DNA of 64,000 nt, taken from NCBI GenBank assembly GCA_903847975.1, contig CAINFC010000294.1, positions 811-64,810 of the forward strand, read 5' to 3'. Made by a program: the position numbers and the translations under genes. Shown here piece after piece: positions 36,901 to 44,460 of this stretch; positions within the stretch are counted from its first letter, which is position 1, and each line of letters starts with the position of its first letter. The DNA is from an uncultured Acidobacteriota bacterium. GTDB lineage: Bacteria > Acidobacteriota > UBA6911 > CAINFC01. A model generated the notes under the pieces. It worked only from the letters and a program-made list of their open reading frames with translations, was not told the origin of the DNA and did not search any database.

Positions 36901-38501
36901 ATTGTGTTGTAGCCACCGTGAGTTCTCCGATGGTTGCGAGTCGAAGTGTTGCATCTTATAACCCCGCAAGTTCTAATCAAATCGGCGTATTCGTTACTTT
37001 CAAAGAGTTGTTTCCATCGGCGTTCCGGTACCGGACAGGGGGCCCAGCCAGGATCGATCCTGCCGCCGAGGCAGGCTACTCGGCGGAGGCGCTCGGCAGC
37101 GATGTAGGTACAGCGACTCATGGTACTCGTTTATATCTGAGGTTCACGTCGATTCCTGCAGGCGTTAAGGTATATGCCCCGATTTATCCCATCGGCAGTC
37201 AGGCCGCCCAACTGGTCAGTGCCGACGCGTCAGGGACCGGTGGTGAATTTCTTCCAGGTTCAGCGATGGGTGGGTCTCATTTCTTGTTGACGGCGGTCAA
37301 CAGCACAGTAAATGCCACCTGGGAAGTGCGCACAGCGGATGCATTGGTTATCGAGCAGCATTCTTTGGGGATGGTATTTGAAGGAGCGACCGGTTCGGAG
37401 ATGGACCGGATTCTCGCTTCGCTGGAAGCCTCTTTGGCACCATTCAGTGCTACCAACACAATGTCGGCGACGGGCGCTATTCCGAGATTTCGTGCTGTGA
37501 ACCCTTCCGTGATGAAATATGTAAATCTACGTATCCTGCCTCAGACTACATATGTAGGAACGCTAAGACCACTATCGAAAAGAGCACTGCAGCTGTCGGC
37601 AGAACTCAGTTATGTACTCAGTTATACGGTTGTAAATGAAGGTTCAGAGGCGGCAAAAAACTTGGAGATAAAAGGATATGCCCCGCCCGGATTCATATAT
37701 GCCGATTGCCAAGCACCGGGAGGGGTATGTAACTTTATAGGGACGGAAGCGAGCTTCACCTACGCTGAATTGGGACCGGGATCGGAGTGGACGGTTGAGG
37801 CACAGATCAATTCTGCCGAAGCACCTGGCAATAACACTTATGTTCATAACATAATGACCGTATCGAGCAAAGAACTGGATTACGATCTCCTCAACAACAC
37901 CACGTCTTCCGGAGTGGTCATACAGGACTGTATGCCTGCCCTATCATCCTCGGGTATCAGCCTGCCTATGGGAGGCGGGGAGGGAACAGTTCAGGTGCAG
38001 TCGACTTGCAGCCAGTGGTGGGCCTTGACTTCAAATCCATGGATCGAAATTACATCGGGGCACTCCGGCAGCGGGAACGGAACGGTTAGTATATCCGTGG
38101 AGCCCAACCTCACCGGAAGCTTCCGGACGGGGACCCTCCTCATTGGCAACCAGGCGTTCCTGGTAAGCCAGGCGGGTCCCTACCCATTACCGGAAGCTTT
38201 CAGCAAGATCGGACCGAGCGACGGGATAATGGGCGTTTCCCCTAATCTAACTCTCACGTGGGGCAGCAGCAACGGTGCCACGGGCTACGAAAGCTGCTTC
38301 GATATCTCCCCGAACTGCAGCGGTCTCTGGGCCAGCACGGGTATTAGTACATCGGCAGCATGGAGCAACCTGATCGCCGGCAGTACCTATTACTGGCAAG
38401 TACGAGCCATTAATCCAGGGGGGGTTACATACGCCAATAATAACGTGTGGTGGAAATTCACTACCGCAGCAAAAATCCACTTTCCCTTAATTATTCGCTA
38501 A
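30906..38501 (+). CDS. Giant secreted FG-GAP (integrin-alpha-like) repeat protein with Fn3-like and Ig/BACON-like domains (2531 aa)
   Basis: AAGGAGG RBS. Signal peptide. About 17 tandem ~65-aa repeats of ...NWTAESDQ.SAYFG.SVATAGDVNGDGYSDVIVGA..YDNGQTNEGRAFVYYGSA.GLS... with the Ca-binding DxNxDGxxD signature. These are followed by four repeats of ...SPTNGA..V..NPTLSW....GA..YEYC.DTSNDN.C..W.S.G....A.ISGL..DTTYYWQVRA.N and then Ser/Thr-rich Ig-like segments. Confidence 0.85.
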   Translation: MASHAYCKAVHLFLTILLLFSQLPDRAKRPRTQFVDTQSKHGPLPETVEAAFARKPDTPVLPAGTGTDWWTAARADILRAEYYVTWQEKTNLADVPAAFQAPNRAQNLRTYFTAKGARLIPREFPSQTPPWQWGLSLVGYGNTGDIRPAAKALLSAKGNRIEYRRDGLTEWYINDERGLEQGFTLHRPPAPASAAASNSMAHGTIALELAIATNLTASLSAEAMGVDFMTESGAIALRYGQLNVVDATDRSLPAWMELPPAGPHDSFPLRLVIDASEAVYPITVDPLTSSPNWTAESDQASAYFGRSVATAGDVNGDGYSDVIVGAYYYDNGQVNEGRTFLFYGSAAGLSATANWTAESDQSSAYFGQSVATAGDVNGDGYSDVIVGAPYYDNGEGNEGRAFVYYGSAAGLSAAANWTAESNQTSALFGQSVATAGDVNNDGYSDVVIGAHFYDNGQTDEGRAFLFTGSGQGLSSTPNWTAEGDQAIAYFGASVSTAGDVNGDGYSDVIVGAANYSNGQTNEGRAFIYHGAANGLSTTASWTAESDQASAYFGVSVATAGDVNGDGYSDIIVGASHYDNGQTNEGAVFVYQGSSGGLPVTANWTVESNGANVRFGASVSTAGDVNGDGYGDVIVGAYLYEDNPPVSQSEGVREEAHGGRAFVYYGSAGGPLSTEYWTVGSAQAGAYFGLSVATAGDVNGDGYSDVIVGAAYYDGGQTDEGRAYAYYGSATGPSTVAAWTAEGDKVSAVFGYAVASAGDVNGDGYSDVIVGAATYDNGQTDEGRTFVYYGSAAGLSTVAGWTAEGDQVSAGFGYSVATAGDVNGDGYSDVIIGALGYSNGETSEGGAFVYYGSAEGLFAVANWIMESNQVFAKFGVSVATAGDVNNDGYSDVIIGAYFYDNGQTDEGRAFVYHGSATGLSTTSNWIAESNQASAYFGISVATAGDVNGDGFSDVIVGAENYDNGQADEGRTFVYFGSPLGLSSTANWAVESDQGSAFLGASVATAGDVNGDGYSDVIIGAPYYNNGQDNEGWAFVYHGSAGGLSTAANWTAESNQVDARLGESVATAGDVNGDGFSDVIVGAWLYDNGQTNEGRVFVFHGSASGLPAAADWTAESDQALADFGKVVSTAGDVNGDGYSDIIIGAPWYDRGQMDEGRVFLYYGNAGNGLSILPRQMRTDGSRPISLLGRSDSATSFQLRLTGRMPLGREDARLQWQVAPPGSSFNSPIAISGTSEWTDLRPGGTLLSHNVTGLNAATPYHWRARLLYRPGNPLGLPASRWFHSALNGWNEKDFRTSQMPLGAFNKTSPTNGATSTTTSPTLFWSPSEGAADYAYCYDTSNDNTCGGSWISAGYSVRAALTGLAHDTTYYWQVRAGNSEATIFANAGTWWGFTTNIAPPQDFSKSSPTNGGAGVATNPTLTWSTSPGAAFYEYCCDTSNDNACSSWVSTGAVTRATISGLSNDTTYYWQVRAANGGGRTYANTGAYWSFTTQGLPPAAFSKSAPPNAATGVAVNPSLSWGTSGGATSYEFCYDTTDDNDCSTWTSTGTHTSVGLSGLSYNTVYFWQVRAINAGGSRYANDSSTGFWSFRTQAEAQVCTFIVTPSSASASAAGGPSQISVATGATCSWSIINPASWISFPSPGPFTGPGTADFSVAANPNGTARNVIITIAGQPFTLSQEGAACHASLNPLSANVAAGVATGTVNISYPEGCAWQATSTTSWITISSGSTGTGSRYLTYAVDANYGAAIRTGTIVVGGVSIEGSLFTITQAGKVCTFGISPPNMTSMASGTSGKITVSAPQGCSWQASSDVAWISVTSVASGGGSGSVDYNVQVNTMDTPRIGTLSVAHRTFYVYQSGSTATPSCTVSATPTVIRSTGLAELTGELAIHCINVPQAGIPADIYVSLGANVTNRLLIEPDYTDALLLLNNPMSPTPGINAFLGVAAGYNILRWPNVILKGEADGKAGMRITNMRVNPTILSEASAISAVVGLQSRTVIPIANSNCVVATVSSPMVASRSVASYNPASSNQIGVFVTFKELFPSAFRYRTGGPARIDPAAEAGYSAEALGSDVGTATHGTRLYLRFTSIPAGVKVYAPIYPIGSQAAQLVSADASGTGGEFLPGSAMGGSHFLLTAVNSTVNATWEVRTADALVIEQHSLGMVFEGATGSEMDRILASLEASLAPFSATNTMSATGAIPRFRAVNPSVMKYVNLRILPQTTYVGTLRPLSKRALQLSAELSYVLSYTVVNEGSEAAKNLEIKGYAPPGFIYADCQAPGGVCNFIGTEASFTYAELGPGSEWTVEAQINSAEAPGNNTYVHNIMTVSSKELDYDLLNNTTSSGVVIQDCMPALSSSGISLPMGGGEGTVQVQSTCSQWWALTSNPWIEITSGHSGSGNGTVSISVEPNLTGSFRTGTLLIGNQAFLVSQAGPYPLPEAFSKIGPSDGIMGVSPNLTLTWGSSNGATGYESCFDISPNCSGLWASTGISTSAAWSNLIAGSTYYWQVRAINPGGVTYANNNVWWKFTTAAKIHFPLIIR

Positions 38502-38716
38502 TATTCGCTGGTATGGGGTCCTATACTTGCAAAGCGGCAAAAAACCGAATTCGAATTTTCTTGCTTCTCCATCGGGGTTACGCCTTTTCGGACCGGCGGA
38601 TGGCCGGCCTCAGCCCCTAAGGCGGAAACCGCGGAGGAATAGGGGCACCCTACACGTTTTATTTACCTTTGCTGAAAAATAGAAAGGCCGATTCAATTCT
38701 CAACGGAGGAGAAAGA

Positions 38717-41578
38717 GTGGATTTAAAACGGCAGCAGCAAATCGAAACACTTTTCCATCAGGCTCTGGCGTTGGAGCCCGGCAAGCGAATCTCTTTCCTG
38801 CAGGAAGCATGCCAAGCCGATGAGGGTCTTCGCCGGGAAGTGGAAACTTTATTGAATGACACATCCCAGGTGAAGGAGTTCCTGGAATCCTCCGATAGGC
38901 AAGAAGCAATCCGTAACCTCGCTGAGCATCCGGCCTTGCAACCTAAGCCGGACTGGACGGGACGGATCCTGGGATCCTACCGGCTGGATGAGAAGATTGG
39001 TCAGGGAGGGATGGGAGTCGTCTATAAAGCCGAAGATATCCACTTGGGTCGCCGGGTCGCCATCAAGGTGCTGCCTCCCGATCTCATGATCCATGAGGAA
39101 CGCCGGCTGCGGTTTCTGCGGGAAGCCAAAGCCGCTTCCAGCCTGCAACATCCTGGAATCGTTACCATCTTCGATATTAACCGCAGCCAGGGCGATGGTC
39201 CGGATTACATTGTGATGGAATATCTGGCGGGAAAATCCTTGGATCAGTGGATAGGACCGAAGGGGATAGCCCCCCGAATAGCGGCCCGCATCGCGATACA
39301 GATCGCGGAGGCTCTGTCTGCCGCTCATGCCGCCGGCCTTGTGCACCGGGATTTAAAGCCGGCAAATATTATGGTAATGGAAAGCGGTCCGGTTAAACTC
39401 CTGGACTTTGGCTTGGCTAAGCTGATGGAGAGCGAATCCGCCCAGGAGCCGGGGCAGGAAGAAAATAGCGGGTCCGGTACGGCCAAAGGTTTAATAATGG
39501 GCACACCGGCCTATATGTCGCCCGAGCAGGCCGGTGGTGGAAAGGTGGATTCCCGGTCGGATATCTTTTCCTTTGGCTCCGTGCTTTACGAAATGCTGAC
39601 CGGTATCCGCGCCTTCTCCGGAAACAATCACCTGGCTACCCTTTCCGCCGTGCTGCGCGAGGAACCGAAACCGGTAGGAAGCCTGGTTCCGGATCTTCCC
39701 GCACAATGGGAGAAGATCGTCCATCGCTGCCTGCGCAAAGATCCTGCCCGGAGATTCCAGCATATTGCCGATTTGAAAATAGAGCTCGAGGAACTGTTTC
39801 CGGAAGAAGCGGCGCCAGTGGTCCATGAGAAGAGGGCTAAACCGGCACTTCGTCGGCTTTGGCCGGTAGCCGCCGTGGCTTTCTTGGTGTTGTCGGTGCT
39901 CCTCTTCGGGTATTTTTTTTCCAGCAAACCGACTGCTTCTTTGCCGTTTGCGACCACGACCCGGCTTACCTCTTATTTGGGTTATGAAGATGGACCCTGC
40001 TTTTCGCCGGATGGGAAACAGGTGGTATTTGCCTGGAGCGGAGCACAACAGGACAATTGGGACATTTATGTCAAGATGCTGGATGCCGACACGCCGCTGC
40101 GCCTGACCACCAGTACGGCACAGGATATTGCCCCGGCCTGGTCTCCTGATGGTCGCCAGATCGCTTTTATCCGTCGTCAGGAGAACCAGGACTCGATTTG
40201 GATAATCGATCCGTTGGGGAGAACGGAACGTAAGTTGACGGACGAATCCTTCTTAGGCTGCTGGATATCGTGGTCTCCGGATGGGAAATGGCTGGCCGTC
40301 TCCCGTCAGGAATCCCTCCAGGGGGCGAATCTCCTCGGCGAGATTTTCCTTATTCCCGTGGAGGGGGGACAGAAAAGAAGAATCACCTTCAATCAAGCCC
40401 ACGCCGATATCTACCCGGCTTTTTCCCCCGACGGGAAAAAGCTCGCCTATGCCTCCTATCAAAGCGCAGTATCCGGGGACCTCTATGTCGTCGAGTTGGG
40501 TATGGACTACCTTCCTCTAAATCCGGCACGTAAGATCACTCGGAATAATGTGAAAATAGCGGGAATATCGTGGATGCCCGATAGCCGGGAGTTGATCTAC
40601 TCCGCTTCCGACCAGTTTAACGCCAGCTATTTTCTCTGGCGAACCGGCATTTCGAGCCGAAATCCGCCCGAAAAGCTACAGGTGTTGGGACAGGCCGTTC
40701 ATCCTGCGGTTGCTCCCACAGGCTACCGGCTCGCTTTCCGGCAGAGTGAATCGAGTGGCGATATCTGGAAATGGAACCGGGGAAAGCTGGATAGGAACTT
40801 CATCTCATCAACCCTGCATGAGGATAACCCCCAATTTTCTCCGGATGAAAAGAAGATTGCCTTTGGCTCCAACCGTATTGGCGGGTTGTACGCTATCTGG
40901 GTGTGCGATGTGGACGGATCCAATCCGCGGCAATTGACCCATGGACCGGGTCGGATGCAGGGAATGCCGCGATGGTCTCCGGATTCCCGTTGGATCGTCT
41001 TCGACAGTTTGTCGGAAAGAGGACAGGTTGATCTATTCGTAATCGATGCGGCAGGGGGAACACCGCGGCAACTGACCTTCTTTGCCTCCGATGAGAGCGT
41101 TCCCAGCTGGTCCGGAGACGGACAATGGATTTATTTTCGCTCCAACCGAACCGGGCAAAGTGAAATCTGGAAAATTCCCTCTGCCGGTGGCGAGGCGGTA
41201 CAAATAACCGACCAGGGAGGCTATGTGGCCTTTGAATCCTGGGATGCCCAATTCATTTTTTACACCAAGGATTTTGGACAGGGAGGTCCCCTTTTCCGCA
41301 AACGCCTTTCGGGAGGGAAAGAGGAACAAGTCCTGAGTTCGGTTGTCAATCGGGCCTTCTGCGTAACCCGGGAGGGAATCAACCATATCGCCTCCGGGGA
41401 AAATGGACAATTCCTGCTCCTGTTCTTTGACTTTGCTTCCGGTCAGGAACAATTGCGTTTAACTTTGGATTCTCCACCCGGTATGGGTATGACGGCCACC
41501 CGGGATGGGCAGACTCTGCTTTTCACCGGTCGCCAGGTAGTCGGCTCCGACCTGATGCTGGTCGAAAACTTTCGCTGA
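38717..41578 (+). CDS. Ser/Thr protein kinase with TM segment and C-terminal TolB-like beta-propeller
   Basis: Hanks kinase motifs GQGGMGVVYKA, AIKVL, HRDLKPANIMV, DFGLAK, GTPAYMSPE. TM LWPVAAVAFLVLSVLLFGYFF. Then repeated SPDGK/WSPDG propeller blades. GTG 38717 (MDLKRQQQIETLF...) is preferred because GGAGGAG lies 5 nt upstream. The track ORF starts at 38669. Confidence 0.85.
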   Translation: MDLKRQQQIETLFHQALALEPGKRISFLQEACQADEGLRREVETLLNDTSQVKEFLESSDRQEAIRNLAEHPALQPKPDWTGRILGSYRLDEKIGQGGMGVVYKAEDIHLGRRVAIKVLPPDLMIHEERRLRFLREAKAASSLQHPGIVTIFDINRSQGDGPDYIVMEYLAGKSLDQWIGPKGIAPRIAARIAIQIAEALSAAHAAGLVHRDLKPANIMVMESGPVKLLDFGLAKLMESESAQEPGQEENSGSGTAKGLIMGTPAYMSPEQAGGGKVDSRSDIFSFGSVLYEMLTGIRAFSGNNHLATLSAVLREEPKPVGSLVPDLPAQWEKIVHRCLRKDPARRFQHIADLKIELEELFPEEAAPVVHEKRAKPALRRLWPVAAVAFLVLSVLLFGYFFSSKPTASLPFATTTRLTSYLGYEDGPCFSPDGKQVVFAWSGAQQDNWDIYVKMLDADTPLRLTTSTAQDIAPAWSPDGRQIAFIRRQENQDSIWIIDPLGRTERKLTDESFLGCWISWSPDGKWLAVSRQESLQGANLLGEIFLIPVEGGQKRRITFNQAHADIYPAFSPDGKKLAYASYQSAVSGDLYVVELGMDYLPLNPARKITRNNVKIAGISWMPDSRELIYSASDQFNASYFLWRTGISSRNPPEKLQVLGQAVHPAVAPTGYRLAFRQSESSGDIWKWNRGKLDRNFISSTLHEDNPQFSPDEKKIAFGSNRIGGLYAIWVCDVDGSNPRQLTHGPGRMQGMPRWSPDSRWIVFDSLSERGQVDLFVIDAAGGTPRQLTFFASDESVPSWSGDGQWIYFRSNRTGQSEIWKIPSAGGEAVQITDQGGYVAFESWDAQFIFYTKDFGQGGPLFRKRLSGGKEEQVLSSVVNRAFCVTREGINHIASGENGQFLLLFFDFASGQEQLRLTLDSPPGMGMTATRDGQTLLFTGRQVVGSDLMLVENFR

Positions 41579-41600
41579 TCTTTCTATGGAAAGCAATCAG

Positions 41601-41646
41601 CTGCAGTGAGCAGGCCCTCCAGCTTGCCCTGCGCCTCGATTTGTGA
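41601..41646 (+). pseudogene. Orphan 3' remnant of a TonB-dependent receptor gene (...LQLALRLDL*)
   Basis: 24-nt exact match ccagcttgccctgcgcctcgattt to 24440-24463 (the 3' end of the receptor at 21426..24464). In frame it reads LQLALRLDL-stop, with no upstream receptor body. Confidence 0.4.
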
Positions 41647-41683
41647 TGGATTGGTCCCGCACAGGGTTCCTCTTTCTTCTCCC

Positions 41684-41698
41684 GGGGGGGGGGGGGGG
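41684..41698. repeat. Homopolymeric G15 tract (G15 A G4)
   Basis: Direct observation: cccggggggggggggggggagggg. Confidence 0.85.
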
Positions 41699-41828
41699 AG
41701 GGGCCGAGACAGGACCGGCTCAACCGCAAAAGGTCGATTTTCCTTGCTTCACTGGGCAATGCGGTTCTCCTTGCGCGACAATGATCCCATTACCGCCTTG
41801 ATCTTTGTGTTTTCAGGAGGAGAGGACT

Positions 41829-42578
41829 ATGCAGTCGCAGGAAACACCGATCGAAAAGGACATTCTGCCCCAGGTCCATGAGCATCGCCTTGAGGAAGAC
41901 ATCCCGGTTCCGGACAAAACCGCATGGGTCGCCCTGCAGCAGCGAATGCGCATCTGCAGTGAGGAAGTCTACGCGGAATTCAGGCGGGCCGGTAAATACG
42001 ATCCGGCATGTTATATTCCCATCCCCGGGATGGACAGACTTTGGGGTCAGTTTGTCATTTCCGCTTATCCGCTGCTGCTTATTTCCGGGGAGCAGGGTTG
42101 TGGCAAAGGCGCACTGCTGTGCTACTGGACGGAAAAACCGCTTCGCTCCGGAAATTCCGGGGGAGAGGTGGTCCAGGACGGCGAGCGGGAATCCATGGCG
42201 GTCCTTCTGGCGGAGGCATATCGTGCCGGCCTTCACGGCCGCGACTGTTCGCGGCTGCTGGACGCCTGGCTGGCCGATACCCTGCGGCTGGATCCGCGCG
42301 CCGGCCTCGCCGATTCCCTGCGCACCGCTTTATCCCGGACCGGGCCGGAAGCGCGCATTATCCTGGCTATCGATGCGATCAACGAATTCGAAACCGTACC
42401 GGCCTCTTCCGGATTCAACCGCCGCCGCCTTCTTGAAAAATGTGTAGAACTGGCTGGTCGGTCGGACCAGGGTTCCGCTGGAGTTTCACAAACGAACTGG
42501 TCGGCCGGATGCTTCTTCGAAATCGATGGGAGGGGCCTACCGGACCGCTCTGGTCTACCGGTTCGGTTTCCTGTTTGA
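41829..42578 (+). CDS. Hypothetical protein with P-loop-like GEQGCGKGA segment
   Basis: GGAGGAGAGG RBS before ATG 41829. Globular-looking composition. Overlaps the next ORF in the +1 frame, so a frameshift is possible. The opposite-strand ORF 42415..43146 is R/P/G-rich junk. Confidence 0.4.
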   Translation: MQSQETPIEKDILPQVHEHRLEEDIPVPDKTAWVALQQRMRICSEEVYAEFRRAGKYDPACYIPIPGMDRLWGQFVISAYPLLLISGEQGCGKGALLCYWTEKPLRSGNSGGEVVQDGERESMAVLLAEAYRAGLHGRDCSRLLDAWLADTLRLDPRAGLADSLRTALSRTGPEARIILAIDAINEFETVPASSGFNRRRLLEKCVELAGRSDQGSAGVSQTNWSAGCFFEIDGRGLPDRSGLPVRFPV

Positions 42579-43020
42579 AATCCGGCCGGGCCTGGAGGAG
42601 GTAGCCCTGGAAAAACCAGGTCTCACCGACTGGGGGGAGCTGCCGGATCTGCCGGAAGTGCAGTCGCTGCGGATGGCGGACAATCCGATGCAAGCCCGAT
42701 TGGGGGAGATGCCGCCCCTGCCCGCCGTACAGGAGCTTACCCTCCAGGGGGAGGTTTCCCGCCCGCTGCCTGATTTCCGGGAGTGGAAGGCCCTGCGGAC
42801 CGTTATCCTGGAGAGCACTTCCATCTGCGACTTCCGGCCCCTGCTGCATGCTCCGGCCCTGAAACGGCTGGCCCTCAAAGGCACCCAGCCGGAAGGCACC
42901 AGTCCGATTATTTGCGAAGCCATCAAGATTGATGAAGCGGGGCGGGAAAAAGTCTTGAACCCCGAAGGGGGTTCCGTAACACAGCCCGGGGTTGCGCCGC
43001 ATAGGCGCTACCCCGGGTAG
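42526..43020 (+). CDS. Hypothetical leucine-rich-repeat-like protein (possibly the frameshifted continuation of the upstream ORF)
   Basis: LxxLxL-like segments (LRTVILESTSICDFRPLLHAPALKRLALKG). Start is uncertain. Confidence 0.3.
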   Translation: MGGAYRTALVYRFGFLFEIRPGLEEVALEKPGLTDWGELPDLPEVQSLRMADNPMQARLGEMPPLPAVQELTLQGEVSRPLPDFREWKALRTVILESTSICDFRPLLHAPALKRLALKGTQPEGTSPIICEAIKIDEAGREKVLNPEGGSVTQPGVAPHRRYPG

Positions 43021-43200
43021 GCGGATTTGTTTGAAAACAGCCCTGTAAGGGCTGCGCAAACACCTGGCATGGCTGGATATTGCGCAACCCTTACAGGGTT
43101 GTCGCTTGCGGGTGTCCCTACCCGGGGTAGGCGCGAAGCGCGCCAACCCCGGGCTGTGTACCGAAGCCCTTTCAGGGCTTTCGGCAACGGAAATTCGAAG
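43005..43200. repeat. Cluster of REP-like short hairpins / palindromes in a 500-bp noncoding region
   Basis: CAGCCCTgtaAGGGCTG, CAACCCTtacAGGGTTG and GAAGCCCTttcAGGGCTTC. The stems differ by compensatory changes. They are interleaved with two copies of the ctacccCGGGgtagGCG palindrome (43011-43023, 43119-43134). Confidence 0.45.
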
Positions 43201-43528
43201 ATGTGGGACTTTTTACCGGGCTATCAAGATTGGTTGTCGGTTGGGTCGGCCAGGCTCCGAATGCAGCCGGGAGAGCGGACGGATGTCCTGCCCCTCCAAG
43301 GGGAAATGTACTGATGCCTCCCACATAGTGCCTGCGTACACCCGCTCCGCTTCTTTCCACTCCCTTGCGCGGGAGCCAGTGCCTTTTCGCGCCCTGCACC
43401 CGATGATTTTTCGGACTCCAGCTTGCCTTTTCCCCTGGAGGCATCCTAAACTTGCCGTAGTTTGGAGAATTAAGACCCAATAATCCTTTGCCCTGGTTGG
43501 CAACCCGGGCAACGCCGGAGATTACCAC

Positions 43529-44458
43529 GTGATCGAAGTAGCGGGACTGTGCAAAAACTACGGGGACATCGTTGCGGTTCGGGAGGTCACCTTCCAGGCG
43601 GAAAGCCGCCAGATCTTCGGTCTGTTGGGCCCCAACGGAGCGGGAAAGTCCACAACTCTGGGCTGCATTTCCGGACTCCTGCCTCCTTCGGCAGGAAGGG
43701 TTCGGGTTCTAGGGCACGATGTGGTTTTGGAAAGACGGGCGGCTCGGGCCCAATTGGGCGTCGTTCCGCAGGAAGTCTCGCTTTACGAGGATCTCTCGGC
43801 CAGGGAAAATCTCTCCTTCTGGGGTGCCGCCTACGGTTTGCATGGCACGGAACTCAAAGAGCGTGTGCATGAAATTCTGGGGATAACCGGGTTGGCCGAC
43901 CGCTCCCAGGAACCGGTCAAGAGATTCAGCGGAGGGATGAAACGCCGGCTGAACCTCGGATGCGCTTTGGTTCATCGACCGCGGGTGCTGCTGCTGGATG
44001 AACCCACGGTCGGCGTTGACGCGCAATCGCGCCGGCGTCTTCTGGATTTGGTGCGGAACGAAGCGCGGAACGGCGCTTGCGTTCTCTACACGACCCACTA
44101 CATGGAGGAAGCGGAGGAACTGTGCGACCGGCTGGCAATCATTGACCACGGCCGTATCATTGTCCAGGGGACCTTGGCGGAGTTGCACCGGATCGTCGGT
44201 GAAAACGATATCCTGCGGTTTGCCGGAAAATTCGATGCGGATCGGGCGCGAGCCGCTCTGCAGGACAGAAACGGTGTGGAAATCGTTCAGCTGACTGCGG
44301 ATTCGTTGCGATTGTCTGTCGCCGGCGCTTCGCATCGCCTGGCTGAATTGTTCGCCGCATTGGCCGCTGCCGGGTGCGAAATCCGCGAGACCACGCTGAC
44401 GCAGCCCAGCCTGGAGAGCCTCTTCATCAAACTAACCGGAAAAGAGCTGCGCGAATAA
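43529..44458 (+). CDS. ABC transporter ATP-binding protein (ABC-2/DrrA-like)
   Basis: GTG start with GGAG upstream. Walker A GPNGAGKST. Signature LSGGMKRRL. Walker B LLLDEPTVGVD. Confidence 0.9.
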   Translation: MIEVAGLCKNYGDIVAVREVTFQAESRQIFGLLGPNGAGKSTTLGCISGLLPPSAGRVRVLGHDVVLERRAARAQLGVVPQEVSLYEDLSARENLSFWGAAYGLHGTELKERVHEILGITGLADRSQEPVKRFSGGMKRRLNLGCALVHRPRVLLLDEPTVGVDAQSRRRLLDLVRNEARNGACVLYTTHYMEEAEELCDRLAIIDHGRIIVQGTLAELHRIVGENDILRFAGKFDADRARAALQDRNGVEIVQLTADSLRLSVAGASHRLAELFAALAAAGCEIRETTLTQPSLESLFIKLTGKELRE

Positions 44459-44460
44459 CC

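Noticed and set aside
42415-43146. 243-aa minus ORF opposite the hypothetical plus ORFs
   Set aside because: R/P/G/Q-rich low-complexity translation. The plus-strand ORFs have a strong RBS and more protein-like composition.
43005-43200. Possible CRISPR array suggested by repeated short palindromes
   Set aside because: Repeats are imperfect, of different sequence, irregularly spaced and only three or four in number. No leader or cas genes are present. They are better described as REP-like hairpins.
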